Positions 8,812 through 19,640 of a DNA stretch of 46,496 nt are shown here, piece after piece; positions within the stretch are counted from its first letter, which is position 1; every line of letters begins with the position of its first letter. Below the pieces are notes generated by a model, which had not been told where the DNA came from, ran no database searches, and saw nothing but the letters and a program-made list of their open reading frames with translations. The translations under genes were made by a program, and so were the position numbers. Source of the DNA: Malassezia furfur (taxonomy: Eukaryota); NCBI GenBank assembly GCA_052055015.1, contig JBQJIT010000035.1; one strand, written 5' to 3'.

Positions 8812-11145
8812 ATGGCCGAGGAGTCGGTGTCGAGCTTCGCGGCGTTCGCGGACGCGTACCGCGCGGCGAAGTCGCTCGACGTGGCGCAGCAGCTCGATCC
8901 GCAGTCGGGCACAGCTCTCGTCTTTGCTGATATTTGCGCAGACCGCGCGCGGCTCGCCCAGGATGGCGCGCCGCCTGCCGCATCGCTCGACGACCTGCAT
9001 GCCGAAGAATGGGACACGGAGCAGCATACTTGGCGGCTGATCCAGCTGCTCTTTTCGTATGTCTTCCTCACTTACCCAGTGAACGCCTCGAGTCGCGCCC
9101 CGAGCGCAGCGAGCCTGAGCACGCGTACGAGACGCCGCTCGCGACTGTGCAGCGGATTCTTGCCTCCGACACGGAGCTGGCCGAGCTCAAGATCGTCCGC
9201 GAGTGGCTCCAGGATCTACTGCCCGTCGTGCACACCGTAGAGGTGCGCAAGGGGTACCTTTCTTTCACGAAAAACGCGCTGCGTGCCAACCGTACGCAGC
9301 TACCGTCCGGTGGCCGCCGGGGGAATGAGCGGCTCGTGGACCAACTCGATCCCGACGCGGCGGTGCGCGGGCCAGGTGTTCTTGATGTCGAGGACGTGAA
9401 CTACGAAAAGGCGCTGCTGCGCACGCTGTTTGAGTACGTGCGCGCCGGTGAGCTCGACAAGGCGCTGCACCTCTGCACGCAGAGCAGCCAGCCCTGGCGC
9501 GCGGCATCGCTGCGCGGCGCGCTATTCTACCATGACCCGGGCCTATCGGACGTGGGTGGCGCCGAGGCGATGGGCGACCGCTTGCGCAGCGTTTGGCGCC
9601 GTGTCGCCGAGAAGGCCGCGAGCAGTGTACGTGCGACTTCCACTGACGCAGCTGGCGATCGATCCGTACGAACGTGCGCTGTATGGCGCACTCTGTGGCC
9701 ATCTGTCCTCGGTACTTGCCGTGAGCGAGACGTGGGAGGAGCAGCTCTGGGGGTATATCAACGCGCGCTTTGAGCAGCGCCTGCAGCACGAGCTCGATGC
9801 AGCGTCGCCCAGTGACGGTACGCGAGCGCCGACGAGCGGCTCCGCCGAAGCGTTTGAGGACCTCGGGTCGATCTTTGAACAGCTCGTGCAGTCCAAGACG
9901 CCGGGCGTTGAGCATGCTGCGATGGATCCGTACCACATCACGCAGCGTGCTGTGATCACCAACCAGCTGCCCGATCTGATTGCGCGGGTGAATGCGCGCC
10001 TGCCCGAGCTCGAGGCGCTGCGCCCCGAGGTATATGCGCGGTTCGTGCGCTTCTTTGCGCACCTCGTGCTGTACTGCCACCTAATCCACATCCCGCTGCC
10101 GATCGCGCTGCGCGCGCCGATCCTGAATGCGTACGTGGGTGTGTTGCAGCGTGCGAACCAGAGTAGCGAGCTGGTTGCGCTGTATGCCAGCAGCCTGGAC
10201 ACGGCCGACGCGCACGTCGTGTTTGCCGAGTTCTTGTGCAGCCTGCCGACCGATGCGCCGCTCGAGGAGCGGCGGCGCGCGCTGCTGCAGTCGCAGCCGC
10301 ACAACCTCGACCCGGCGATCGTCGCGCGGTGTACGGTGGACATGGTATTTGGTGCACTGCTCCCCGAGCTGGCCGAGAGCGGTCCGACAAGCGACTGGGA
10401 CGCGTCGCTCACCGACACGGAGCGCCGCCTGATCTATGCCGTGGATTGGCTCACCTTCTTTGAGGCGACGTATGCGGACGCTGTCGTACAGACCAACCGG
10501 CTGATGCGCGTTTTCATGGTGACGGGCCGACTGCATGCGGCACACAGCCTGCTGCGCCGCCTACCGCCCGAGCTGTTTGCGCAGCTCGACCAGGTCGAGG
10601 TGCCTGCCGACCAGGTGCTCGAGGTGGACCACTGGCGCAGCTACTTTGACGTCCTTGACAAGAACGTGGCGGTGCGCGGGCTGTGGAGCGACTACTGCCA
10701 TGCCGACTCACGTACCGAGCAGCACGAGGGGCTGCAGGCGCTCACGAGCGCCGTCGAGACGGCGCGCCTCGCGAACCTCGAGCTGCTCGAGCTCGGCTGG
10801 CTGCGCCTCGACGTGGAGCCGGCATCCGACGAGGAGGCGCAGCGGCTGCACGAGCTCGTGGTGATCCGCCGGCGGTACATCCCCGAGATCGTGCTGAGCC
10901 TGCACCTGATGCTCGTCGACACGAGCCAGGCGATCCCCGCGAACCTCTCGCACGCGCTGCAGCTGCCCAACCTGATCGCCGACGAGCGTCTGCGGCTCTA
11001 CGCCGAGTTTGCGACGCCCGAGCCGACCGCCGACGGCTCGCACAATCTGCTGCGTGCCTACCTTGAGCACGTACGCAGCGCCGCGCTCCTGGCCATGGAC
11101 CGGCACGAGGATGTGCTGGGGTGCAACGAGGGCGTCGTCGTATAG
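8812..11145 (+). CDS. NUP84: Nucleoporin Nup84/Nup107. Introns 9057-9079 (23 nt) and 9627-9651 (25 nt)
   Basis: Motifs LVDQLDPDA, LFEYVRAG, QPWRAASLRG, YERALYGALCG, TWEEQLW and IRRRYIPEIVL. The introns join three track ORFs in frame. Confidence 0.9.
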
Positions 11146-11152
11146 TCTAGTC

Positions 11153-12494
11153 CTACAGATAAAAGTTGCGGCGCGACGCGCTCATCTTGGGCTTCCACTT
11201 GAACTCCACACCGTCGTCCGGCGCGGCGTGCTCCGTGTCGTCCTCGGGCTGCGCAGGCGCCTCGTCGGTCTCGAGGTCGTCCACAAACCGGCCGTTCCAT
11301 GCACCGGCGCCTTTCGGCAGACCCCGCGCCATCGACACGAGCTTCAGCGTGAAGCGCGGCCCAATCTCTTGCAGCGCCGCCTTGTCCGTCGACCGGAACT
11401 CGTAGCGGTGCCGCCGGAAAAAGACATAGTCACGCTGGTTGTGCGCCGTGACCACCTGGCGGCCCTCGAGCTCCGGCACCTTGGGGAACAGGTGCTGCAG
11501 CATTCGCCCGACGCGGTGACCCAGCGCCGTGGTAAAGTTGTTCAGGATCAGCTCGGGAGAGTGGCCCGTGGACCGCGCGTGGCCGTAAATCTCCTTGCCG
11601 TACGACACCGACGTCAGCCGGAACAGCGCCGTGGGCCCCAAAGGCAGCTGCACGAGCGTCAGTGTGCATGGCTTCTTGTTCGACTCGCCGATCACGATCA
11701 CCGCATCATAGCGACGCGCGCGCGCCCACGAGCAGATCTTGCCGAGGCCCGCGCCTTTGGCCTTGGCCCGCGGGCGGTACTCGGCGCCGGAAAAGACGCT
11801 GAGCAGCTCTTTGACAAAGTTCCGCGTCTCTTCCGCAGGGTGGCTGCGCGCATTTGCCGAGGCAAGGTGCGGCGACGTCGAGTTGGACGGCAGCGAGGTT
11901 GTAATGAGGATCGCGGGCGGCGCGGTAGGGTCGGCGTCCACGTCGTACTTGGCCTGTTGCGGATCGACGAGGTCAGGCAGAGGCTCGGCGTCCGCGTCCA
12001 TCGGCGGCACCTCTGACGGCTCACTGCCGTCCTCGTCCTCGTCGTCCTCGTCGTCCTCGTCCCCGTCCTCATCCTCACTCTCCTCGCTGCTGCCCGAGTC
12101 GCTACCGCTCGCGTCGCTGCTCGGCGCCTCGGCGTGCGTCTGCGCGGCGGGCTTTTCGGCCTGCTCCGCCATCCACGCGGGCACCTCGTGCGTATTGGGT
12201 GCATTCAGCACCGTCGGATTGTACGTGCGTGAGTTCTCGATCGTGCGCGACTTGTTCTTCGCGAGACGTTCCTGGGTAAGTGCGTCGACGTACTTTACGA
12301 CGGAGCTTGCCCTCGGTGGACGTGCGCTCCTCTTTCGCGGTTTTCAGGCGGCGCTGCAGCTTGAGCCGCGCCTTTTCTTTGCGATACTTTTGGTACATAT
12401 CCTGCCGCTTGTGCTTGTTCCCGATGTGCGACACATTGCCGGTGCGGCGCAGCGGCGCATCGTCCCCCTCCCCCGACGCCTGAGCGCCGCGCAT
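11153..12494 (-). CDS. RPF1: Brix-domain ribosome production factor. Intron 12272-12293 (22 nt)
   Basis: N-terminal IGNKHKRQ...KARLKLQRR and RTIEN. Brix core PELILNNFTTALG, HNQRDYVFFRRHRY, LQEIGPRFTLKL and C-terminal RRNFYL. Confidence 0.9.
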
Positions 12495-12514
12495 GCTGGT
12501 CCAAAAAAAAGAGC

Positions 12515-12520
12515 CACGTG
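12515..12520. promoter_or_regulatory. CACGTG E-box in the 91-bp RPF1/COX8 bidirectional promoter
   Basis: Lies between the ATGs at 12494 and 12586, next to an A8 tract. Confidence 0.5.
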
Positions 12521-12585
12521 GGTTTCGGGGCTGCCCGGCCGAGCCACCCCGGGGCCGAGGCGGCTCCGTTTGTCCATTACCAACC

Positions 12586-12875
12586 ATGTCTGTTTTCCTG
12601 ACTGCCTCGCGTGCCTCGCTGCGTGCTACCCGCGCTCCGGCCATGCAGCTGGCACGCCGCAATGCGCACTTTGAGAACACTGCGGAGACCGTACGTTGTG
12701 ACTAGGCTGACCACAGTCGCTCCCCTTCCCGCAGGGCCGCAAGCACTCCAAGGGCCTCGCCCTGGGCGTTTTCGGCTTCTTCGCCACGGGTCTCAGTGTT
12801 CCTTTTCTGATCACCTACTACCAGCTGTACGTACGCACCACGATGATCATACTCACACCCAGCCACAAGCCGTGA
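12586..12875 (+). CDS. COX8: Cytochrome c oxidase subunit VIIc (yeast Cox8). Introns 12691-12716 and 12827-12862
   Basis: Spliced 75-aa product MSVFLTASRASLRATRAPAMQLARRNAHFENTAET-SLPFPQGRKHSKGLALGVFGFFATGLSVPFLITYYQL-HKP: presequence, H..LPF motif, one TM helix with PF...YQL. Confidence 0.85.
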
Positions 12876-12917
12876 TTTAGCTCATTAGCACACCAATCTT
12901 GGAACTTATCTCACCGA

Positions 12918-15316
12918 TTACATCAGAAGCACTACAAAGTTGCTCGGGAACGTGTTGGCGCCTGGAACACGCCGTGCCTCGTCGAGCAGCTCGCCCTGCC
13001 ACCAGCCGTCAGGTTCTGTGTGCGTCACGGCGATAATGTCGCCGGCCGTGAAGCTGAACTCTTCGGGCATCGACGCAGCGTAGTCGTACAGTGCCTTGAC
13101 ATAGAACAGGATCGGCTCGCCTGCCTCGCTGTACTGCCCAGTGGGCGGGCGTGGTCCTGGCGCGGCGGGCGGCGCATTCGACCCGGCGGCGGGCGCATAG
13201 TTCTCCGCCATCTGGTCTTGCGTCACGATGCCTTGCGCATTCAGCGCAATGCCGCCCGGCGTGCCACTCCGGGCTGGGCCTGCGCTGGGCGCCGCCTCGT
13301 TTACGTGCGACGACAGCCGCCGCTCCGAGGGGAAGGACTGACCGTACTTGGTCAGCACCTGCTCCACGGGGATCGGCGACGAGCCGCGCGCAGGGGGGTG
13401 CATGAATGCTGCGGCGGGCGACAGCGGCCGCTGCTGCAGGCGCGGGTCGACGCTGCGCGTTTCGGTGGGCGGCGGAGCGGCCGCGAGCTGCGCGGTAGGC
13501 TGGCTCATTGGCGCCTGCACCGGGGCGCCGGGCATGGCGCCAGGCATCGTTGCGTGTACCACAGCAGGCGCCGCTTGAGCAGGTGCTGCTTGGGCGGGCG
13601 TCGCACTCGGCTGCACCATGCTCGTCGGCCGGCTGTTGGGCGCAGGCGACTTGCGGGACTGGTGCATGCGCAGGTTCGCGAGCGCCTTGGCAATAGGGTC
13701 CGACTCGTCGATATCGGCCGCTGCGGTGCTGGGCCCGGCGCCGGCCGTTGGCCCCGTGCTGCTTGCGTAGCTCGTGCGCGAGAGCGTATCGGCGGCGTGC
13801 GTAGCCTGACTGGGCGCAGGCTGGCTCGGTGCCTGGTACGTTGGCTGGCTCGGTGCCTGGTACGTTGGCTGGCTCGGTGCTTGATACGTCGGCTGGCTCG
13901 GTGCCTGGTACGTCGGCTGGCCGGGCGCTTGATACGTCGTCTGGCTCGGGGCCGGCTGGCTCGGTGCCGGCTCCGGACGCGACTGGCTGCCCATGCGCGC
14001 GATTGGGGGTGCGCCCGGCGAAAACATGCTGTTGCGGTTCGATGTCGAGGGCGGCGGCGTGCGTGCAACGGGCTCGAGCGATTGCGGCGGCGGCGTGCGC
14101 GCCACGGGGCCGCGGCTGCCACTGCGCCCGAGGTCCATATTGGGGTTGGGCGTGAGCATCGTGTTGGGCGTGAACCCGACGTTGGGCGTGACGTTTGCGG
14201 CCGTCGACGGCGTCGCGACCGACGGCGGGATGGGCGTGCCCGTGCTCAGCGGCGGCATAATGTCGGATGCGCGCGTCGACAGGCGATGGAACTGGGCGGC
14301 CGACTGGTTCGGGTCGGCGGGCGGTGCCTGACCCTGGGCGTAGTTGATGTACTCGGGCGCGGCCGGGATGTTGGCGCCTGTGCCAAACTCGCGCACAAAC
14401 ATCTCGACATCGCGTGTGGCATCACACTGCTCGAGCGACACACGCACGCGCTCGCACGCTTCGTCGTCCGTCACACACACGCTCGAGATGGCGTTCTCAA
14501 AGCTCCACAAGTTGGTCTTGAGGAACTCTTGGCGCTCCTCCTCCACGTCCTGGCACACGTCCAAGAAGCTCTTCCACTCCGAGTTCCACTTGTACGTGGT
14601 GTCCTGCAGCGCACGCACGTAGCTCTGGTAGTCCTTGTCTGTGTGAGCGGTAGCAGCGACGCACCGTTCGTCCCGACGGTCGCCTGGACACGTTCGAGCT
14701 TGCTCATGAGCTTGTCGAGCTCCTTGCCCTGCACCAAGTTACTCTGCGCAGTGTATGCGTTGATCTTGGTGCAGTCCTGCTCGTATTTTTCGCGCGCGCG
14801 CTGCACATACTGCATCTGCATCTGCTTGTGCTTGTACAGCTTTGTCGTGGCCACCTGCGGGGGGCGGCGCACGTTCTCGGTGCGCGCCATCAAATCCGAC
14901 AGCGGGTTCTCAATCTCCTTGCGGATGGAGTGCACTAGCTGCGCGTGCGACCGCGCGATGGCCTCCGTCTCGCCGCGCACCTTTTCGAGCGCTTGGCGCA
15001 TCGGTCTGCGTCAGCAGGATGTGCGTCACCTACCCCGTCTCGTGCCGACCGAGTGCCGTCTTGGACAGCTTGCTCAGCCGTTTGGAATACTCCTGCTCAA
15101 TGTCCGCGCTGCGTGAGTCAAGCGCGCACGTACCGCTCCTGGTAAAACGAGCGCAGATCTTCGAGGGTGCGCGTCGTATTTTTGATGAAGCTCTGCATGA
15201 CATGGTAGCCGGCATCGTTCTCGCCCTACGATTAGCACACCACGTACCCAAAAGGCATTGCAGAACGCAAACGGGTCCGCGTCAGCGTCCCCGTAGCCCG
15301 TGTTGCTCTGCATCAT
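12918..15316 (-). CDS. F-BAR + SH3 cytokinesis protein (Cdc15/Hof1/Imp2 family). Introns 15226-15247, 15109-15133, 15006-15033, 14639-14664
   Basis: Spliced N-terminus FCNAFWGENDAGY...FYQERADIEQEYSKRL (FCH domain). C-terminal SH3 VKALYDY...GWWQGEL...FPSNFV. Confidence 0.9.
13819..13938 (-). repeat. Coding minisatellite, 5 x 24 bp (P/TTYQAPSQ-type octapeptide)
   Basis: Near-identical units ggctggctcggtgcYtRRtacgtY in the disordered linker of the F-BAR protein. Confidence 0.9.
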
Positions 15317-15369
15317 GGCGTGGAGCGAAGCGCGCGTGCGGGTGTTGATATTGATGCTCGGCCGAACCA

Positions 15370-15375
15370 CACGTG
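15370..15375. promoter_or_regulatory. CACGTG E-box in the 101-bp F-BAR/CorA bidirectional promoter
   Basis: 53 and 42 bp from the divergent ATGs at 15316 and 15418. Confidence 0.55.
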
Positions 15376-15417
15376 CGCCCCCTGCGCATCGACCCTGCTC
15401 GCAGTGGTGGCCGCGAG

Positions 15418-18132
15418 ATGAGCCGCACCGGCGCTCACTCGATGGCGCACACTTCGCCGGGCGACAAGCTCGAGGTGCTGCTGGAGAAGCATCCGGAGCC
15501 GCGCGCGTCATTTTCGCAGCGAATGCGCCGCATTTTCCGGCGTAATTCGCCGGAACCGCGCGCAAAGCTGCAAGAGGAAGAGGAGGCGCAGCTCGCCAGG
15601 GAACCGCCGCTCATCGAGAAGGCGGAGACTATGCACACTCCCAAGGCTGTGCGCAAACTGCAGTTTGCCAATATTGACGCGGCGCGCATTCACCCAGAGG
15701 ATCTGCCCGAGGGCTACGATCCCGACGAGAACTACCGCGGACTCGACGCCTACGTCAACGCACGCCGCGCAGAACGTCGGCGAGTGCGCCGTGCCGAGCG
15801 CCGCACGATGCTGGCTAATCTGCACCGTCGGCATGCGTCCGACGACGAGTTTGATTCGGACGACGCCAGCTCCGACTCATCGAGCTCTAGCAGCGAGGGG
15901 CCGCTGGGCATTGCGCGCTTGCGCGCGCTGTTTGGGCACGACTCGGATTCGTCCAGCTCCAGCTCCAGCTCTAGCTCCGATGACAGCGACTCGGACACGG
16001 ACGACACGGCGTCGGTCGTGTCCCACACGAGCCGCTCCGTTGCCGCCGATACCGACGCAGCAAGCATCTTGAGCCGACGCTCGCGGCATGCGCGACGCGA
16101 CGACAGCTCGGTGACCGATTCCCCTGCACTGTCTGCTGCGCTGTCCGTCTTCACCCCACGCCTCGGTGGCGCGCGTCAGGCACGCAATCGGCGGCGCGTC
16201 CGGCGGCAGCGTAAGCGCGAGCGCAAATATATGCAGAAGGCCAGCCGCAAGGCGCGCCGAAACGCGCGCCGCCTGCGCGAGATTGCAGGCGGCATCACTG
16301 AATATGCACTGTATACCCCCATGGCGCCCGGCCAAGACGCTTGGCTGGTCACCGAGTCGTGGAACGCGGTGGTACACCGCTGGCACGACTACTTCTTATA
16401 CCACCAGCAGCTCGATGGTCACGCTGGCGATCTCGGTGCGCCGCATGAGACAGATATGGACAGCTTCGTGCTGCCTCCCCCTGCGCTCGAGACCCACGAG
16501 GAAGACAACGAGTTCCGACCGACCAACGACGACGAGTCGTGGTACGACCAGGAACGCAACACCGGCCGGCACATGTCGGATGTGCCGCTGACGCCCTTTC
16601 TCACGGACCACCCCCCCTCGACGCCGTTCACGCCGCGCACGGTCCGTACGATTGGCCAAGCCAACGCACGCACCGTGGATACCATCGCGGAGGAGGACCT
16701 GGGCGACCTGGGCGAGCCGCTGCTGGGCGACCCTATGCTGGCGCTGCCGTCGCAGACGCCACGCTCGACCGCAGCGCCGCCGCCGATCTCGGAGCTGCTT
16801 CCGCCCTTGCTGTCACCGCCACCGCAGGTCCAGTCCAACCCCTGGTGGCTGGACATTCGGTGCCCGACGTACAAAGACATGCGGGAGCTCAGCACCTTTT
16901 TCCCGCTGCATCCGCTCACTGTCGAGGACATTTTGAAGCAGGAGCCGCGCGAAAAGGTCGAGACGTTTGACCGGCTCGGCTACTACTTTGTGGTGATCCG
17001 CGCGCTTGATGAGAACTACTTCAAGTTTACGCGCGCCGACCGCAACGAGGGAGAAGTGTCCCTCAAGCAGATCGAGCAAGAACTCGGGCGCAATCAGCTT
17101 TATGGCAGCGCGCGCTCCGACGCCGAGGCGGCACAGCACGATGGCCCCACATGGGAGATCACCAAAGACGCGCAAAACAGCAAAGAGGGTCTCGAGGGTC
17201 TTAATGCCGGCTCGGTGAGCTTATACCTGGTCGTGTTTGCTCACGGCGTCCTTTCGTTTCATTTTGAAGATGTACAGAAACACCTTGACAACGTGCGTTC
17301 CCGACTCGAGAACCACGTCATCCCCGCCGACTACAACGCGGACTGGATCGTGCATGGAATCTACGACTCAGTGGTTGACGCATTCCTTCCCTACGTGTCG
17401 TTCTTACAGGTGCAAGAGGGGATCATTGAGGCGCTCGGCAACGACCTGTCGGTCTCGAACGAGAACGATCGAACTGCGACGCGCACCAATGATCAGCACG
17501 CGGATTTGTATCGCGGCATGCTCAAATACCTCCTGCCCTCCAGCAAGAAGAAGAAAAAAAAGAAGAGCAACTTCACCACGGCCGAAGCGTTGCGGCAGAG
17601 CCGCTTCATCTTGCGCCTCTCAGAGACACGTGAGGTGGTCACGGGCCTGTTTCGGCTGCTCACGCCCAAGGTTGATGTATTGCGCGGGATGGAGAAGCGT
17701 TTGTATGATTATCGTGGCGCGGCCACCGACGAAAACATGATTCTGATGTATATGGACGACATTGTGGACCACCTGTCGTTGATGGTTTCGCAGCTCCAGG
17801 AACGCGACCACGCACTTGCCCACGTGCACTCAGTTTTCCTGGTCAGTTCGCGCACAACCAACAAGGAGGTGCAGCTACGGATGATCCGGTACCTGTTGAT
17901 CGCGTCCTCGGTCGCGACCGGCACGCTGCTGTGCCAGCTGAGCACCAGCACGTTTTCCATGAATGTCAAAGTTCCCGCGGATGCACAGGACGACTACACC
18001 TACAATCATTACTATCCCTTTGGCCTCGTTGTTACCTTCATTGGGCTCGTTCCGCTGATCATGTATAGTTATTACCGCGCCGTGGACAAGAGCGCGCGGC
18101 ACAAGTACGAGCGCGAAAACGCCCGCAGGTAG
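15418..18132 (+). CDS. CorA-family divalent cation transporter (Alr1/Mnr2-like) with SMN in place of GMN
   Basis: WWLDIRCPT, LHPLTVEDI...REKVETF..YYFV, WIVHGIYDSVVDAF, and two C-terminal TM helices flanking FSMNVKVP. Confidence 0.85.
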   Translation: MSRTGAHSMAHTSPGDKLEVLLEKHPEPRASFSQRMRRIFRRNSPEPRAKLQEEEEAQLAREPPLIEKAETMHTPKAVRKLQFANIDAARIHPEDLPEGYDPDENYRGLDAYVNARRAERRRVRRAERRTMLANLHRRHASDDEFDSDDASSDSSSSSSEGPLGIARLRALFGHDSDSSSSSSSSSSDDSDSDTDDTASVVSHTSRSVAADTDAASILSRRSRHARRDDSSVTDSPALSAALSVFTPRLGGARQARNRRRVRRQRKRERKYMQKASRKARRNARRLREIAGGITEYALYTPMAPGQDAWLVTESWNAVVHRWHDYFLYHQQLDGHAGDLGAPHETDMDSFVLPPPALETHEEDNEFRPTNDDESWYDQERNTGRHMSDVPLTPFLTDHPPSTPFTPRTVRTIGQANARTVDTIAEEDLGDLGEPLLGDPMLALPSQTPRSTAAPPPISELLPPLLSPPPQVQSNPWWLDIRCPTYKDMRELSTFFPLHPLTVEDILKQEPREKVETFDRLGYYFVVIRALDENYFKFTRADRNEGEVSLKQIEQELGRNQLYGSARSDAEAAQHDGPTWEITKDAQNSKEGLEGLNAGSVSLYLVVFAHGVLSFHFEDVQKHLDNVRSRLENHVIPADYNADWIVHGIYDSVVDAFLPYVSFLQVQEGIIEALGNDLSVSNENDRTATRTNDQHADLYRGMLKYLLPSSKKKKKKKSNFTTAEALRQSRFILRLSETREVVTGLFRLLTPKVDVLRGMEKRLYDYRGAATDENMILMYMDDIVDHLSLMVSQLQERDHALAHVHSVFLVSSRTTNKEVQLRMIRYLLIASSVATGTLLCQLSTSTFSMNVKVPADAQDDYTYNHYYPFGLVVTFIGLVPLIMYSYYRAVDKSARHKYERENARR

Positions 18133-18174
18133 TCCCATAGCAACCCCCCGCGTCGCATGACTAAGCACGGCCGA

Positions 18175-18204
18175 ACGCGCTGCTTTCCGCGCGACGCGAC
18201 GCGT
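18175..18204. promoter_or_regulatory. Cluster of MCB-like elements (ACGCG/ACGCGT) upstream of PCNA
   Basis: aacgcg at 18174, acgcga at 18194 and ACGCGT at 18199-18204, 29-60 bp before the ATG. POL30 is a canonical MBF target in yeasts. Confidence 0.55.
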
Positions 18205-18232
18205 CGGGGCTTCCTTGTGCATTTCCCTCACA

Positions 18233-19244
18233 ATGCTCGAAGCGAAGATTGAACAAGCCGTGGTGGTGCGTAGACCTTATGACTGACCCAGTTCAAACGT
18301 GTCCTGGATGGTATGCACTGCTGTGCACAACGAGACTAACGCAGCCATCAAGGATCTCGTCGAGCATGCCAACTTTGACTGCAACGAAGAAGGTCTTGTA
18401 CGTCGTGACTACTCACACAGCACCTGCAAGCCATGGACAGCTCGCACGTCGCCCTTTCTGCCGTGCAGCTGCGTGCTGATGGATTTGAGGAATACCGATG
18501 CGATCGCCCCATGAGCATCGGCGTGGCCATCACGAGCCTGACCAAAGTCATGCGCAGCGCGCAGAACAACGATATCCTCAACATGCGCAAGGGCGACAAT
18601 GCCGACAGCCTGCACCTTGTGTTCGAAGGAACCAGTATGTCTGTACACTGACCCAGGTTCGGACCGTATCGGCGAATTTGACCTCAAGCTCATGGACATC
18701 GACACCGAGCACCTCGGTATTCCCGACACGGAATACGACGCTGTGGTCAAACTCTCTTCCAACGAGTTTGCGCGCATCTGTCGCGACCTGTCGAACGTCG
18801 GTGAGAGCGTCAAGATCACTATCACTAAGGAGGGCGTCACTTTCTCGACTGAGGGCGAGATCGGCGATGCACGGATGACGCTTAAGCAGGGCTCGGGTTC
18901 GGCCGCGCGTCTCGACGACGACGACGATGCTGGGCTTGATGATGACGACGCAGACAAGCCCACCAAAAAGAGGAGGACCGATGCGGGTTCCAGTAGCTCG
19001 ACCGGTGGTGTCGTCCCGGTTGAGATCCAACTGGAAAAGGCCGTGGCGCTCACGTTCAGCGTGCAATACCTGGTCAACTTCACCAAGGCTGCGCCTCTGT
19101 CGTCGGCCGTGACGCTTCACATGGCTGACAAGGTGCCGCTCCTGGTTGAGTTCGCTTTCGAGAACGGCCACGTGCGGTACTACTTGGCGCCCAAGCTTGC
19201 CGAGGTACGTGACATGCGCGCTAACCCAGACCGACGACGATTAA
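18233..19244 (+). CDS. POL30: Proliferating cell nuclear antigen. Introns 18266-18291, 18311-18344, 18398-18420, 18635-18656, 19205-19229
   Basis: MLEAK..., LQAMDSSHVAL, YRCDR, KLMDIDTEHLGIPD, EFARICRDL, YYLAPK. Confidence 0.97.
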
Positions 19245-19404
19245 TCTTGGCCCATCACGTAGGATTCTTAGCGTCAAGGCAAATGCTTCCGTCACGATCA
19301 CTTCCAAGCATGCCACCGCTCCGTACATGGCAGCCCATTTGCCTAGTGATACACAGGCATGCTCAAGGTCCAGGTTCGATCCATCATATCTTTATTGTCA
19401 TTAC

Positions 19405-19640
19405 ATCCACAATGGGTCGGGACATATGGGTTAATGTGTCCCTGAATGCGTCTGTGTTATTTGAATTACATACAGAGCATAAACTGCCAGTTCTGCGAGT
19501 GCGCTGATGAGGAAACCACCATCCATCATTGCTGGTAGCATAAGAGCTGTACAAAATGGGCCACAGATGTCAAACCGAAAGGCCATAACCCGAACGAGGG
19601 CCACAGAAAAACCAAGAATATATACATACGTGGGAGATCG
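19405..19640 (-). pseudogene. Decayed 5' fragment of a tandem RTA1-like paralog
   Basis: Reads FGLTSVAHFVQLLCYQQ*WMVV /frameshift/ ISALAELAVYAL-[22-nt intron 19452-19473]-RIQGHINPYV. The intact neighbour reads FGLTSAVHFVQLLYYRQWWMLVMLVGTLAELGGYAV-[22-nt intron]-RIQGHHDPFV. Confidence 0.85.

Noticed and set aside
15114..15120. TGAGTCA heptamers at 15114 and 45197
   Set aside because: The first is the branch-point region of an intron. The second lies just after the FEN1 stop, upstream of a cell-wall gene, with no supporting context.
19205..19507. Long C-terminal extension of PCNA in the ORF track
   Set aside because: It is read-through of the 25-nt intron 19205-19229. Splicing gives the normal acidic end LAETDDD-stop at 19244.
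19504..19585. CTGATGA...GAAA resembling a hammerhead ribozyme core or a box C element
   Set aside because: The required stems and a well-placed box D are missing, and the sequence is the antisense of the pseudogene.
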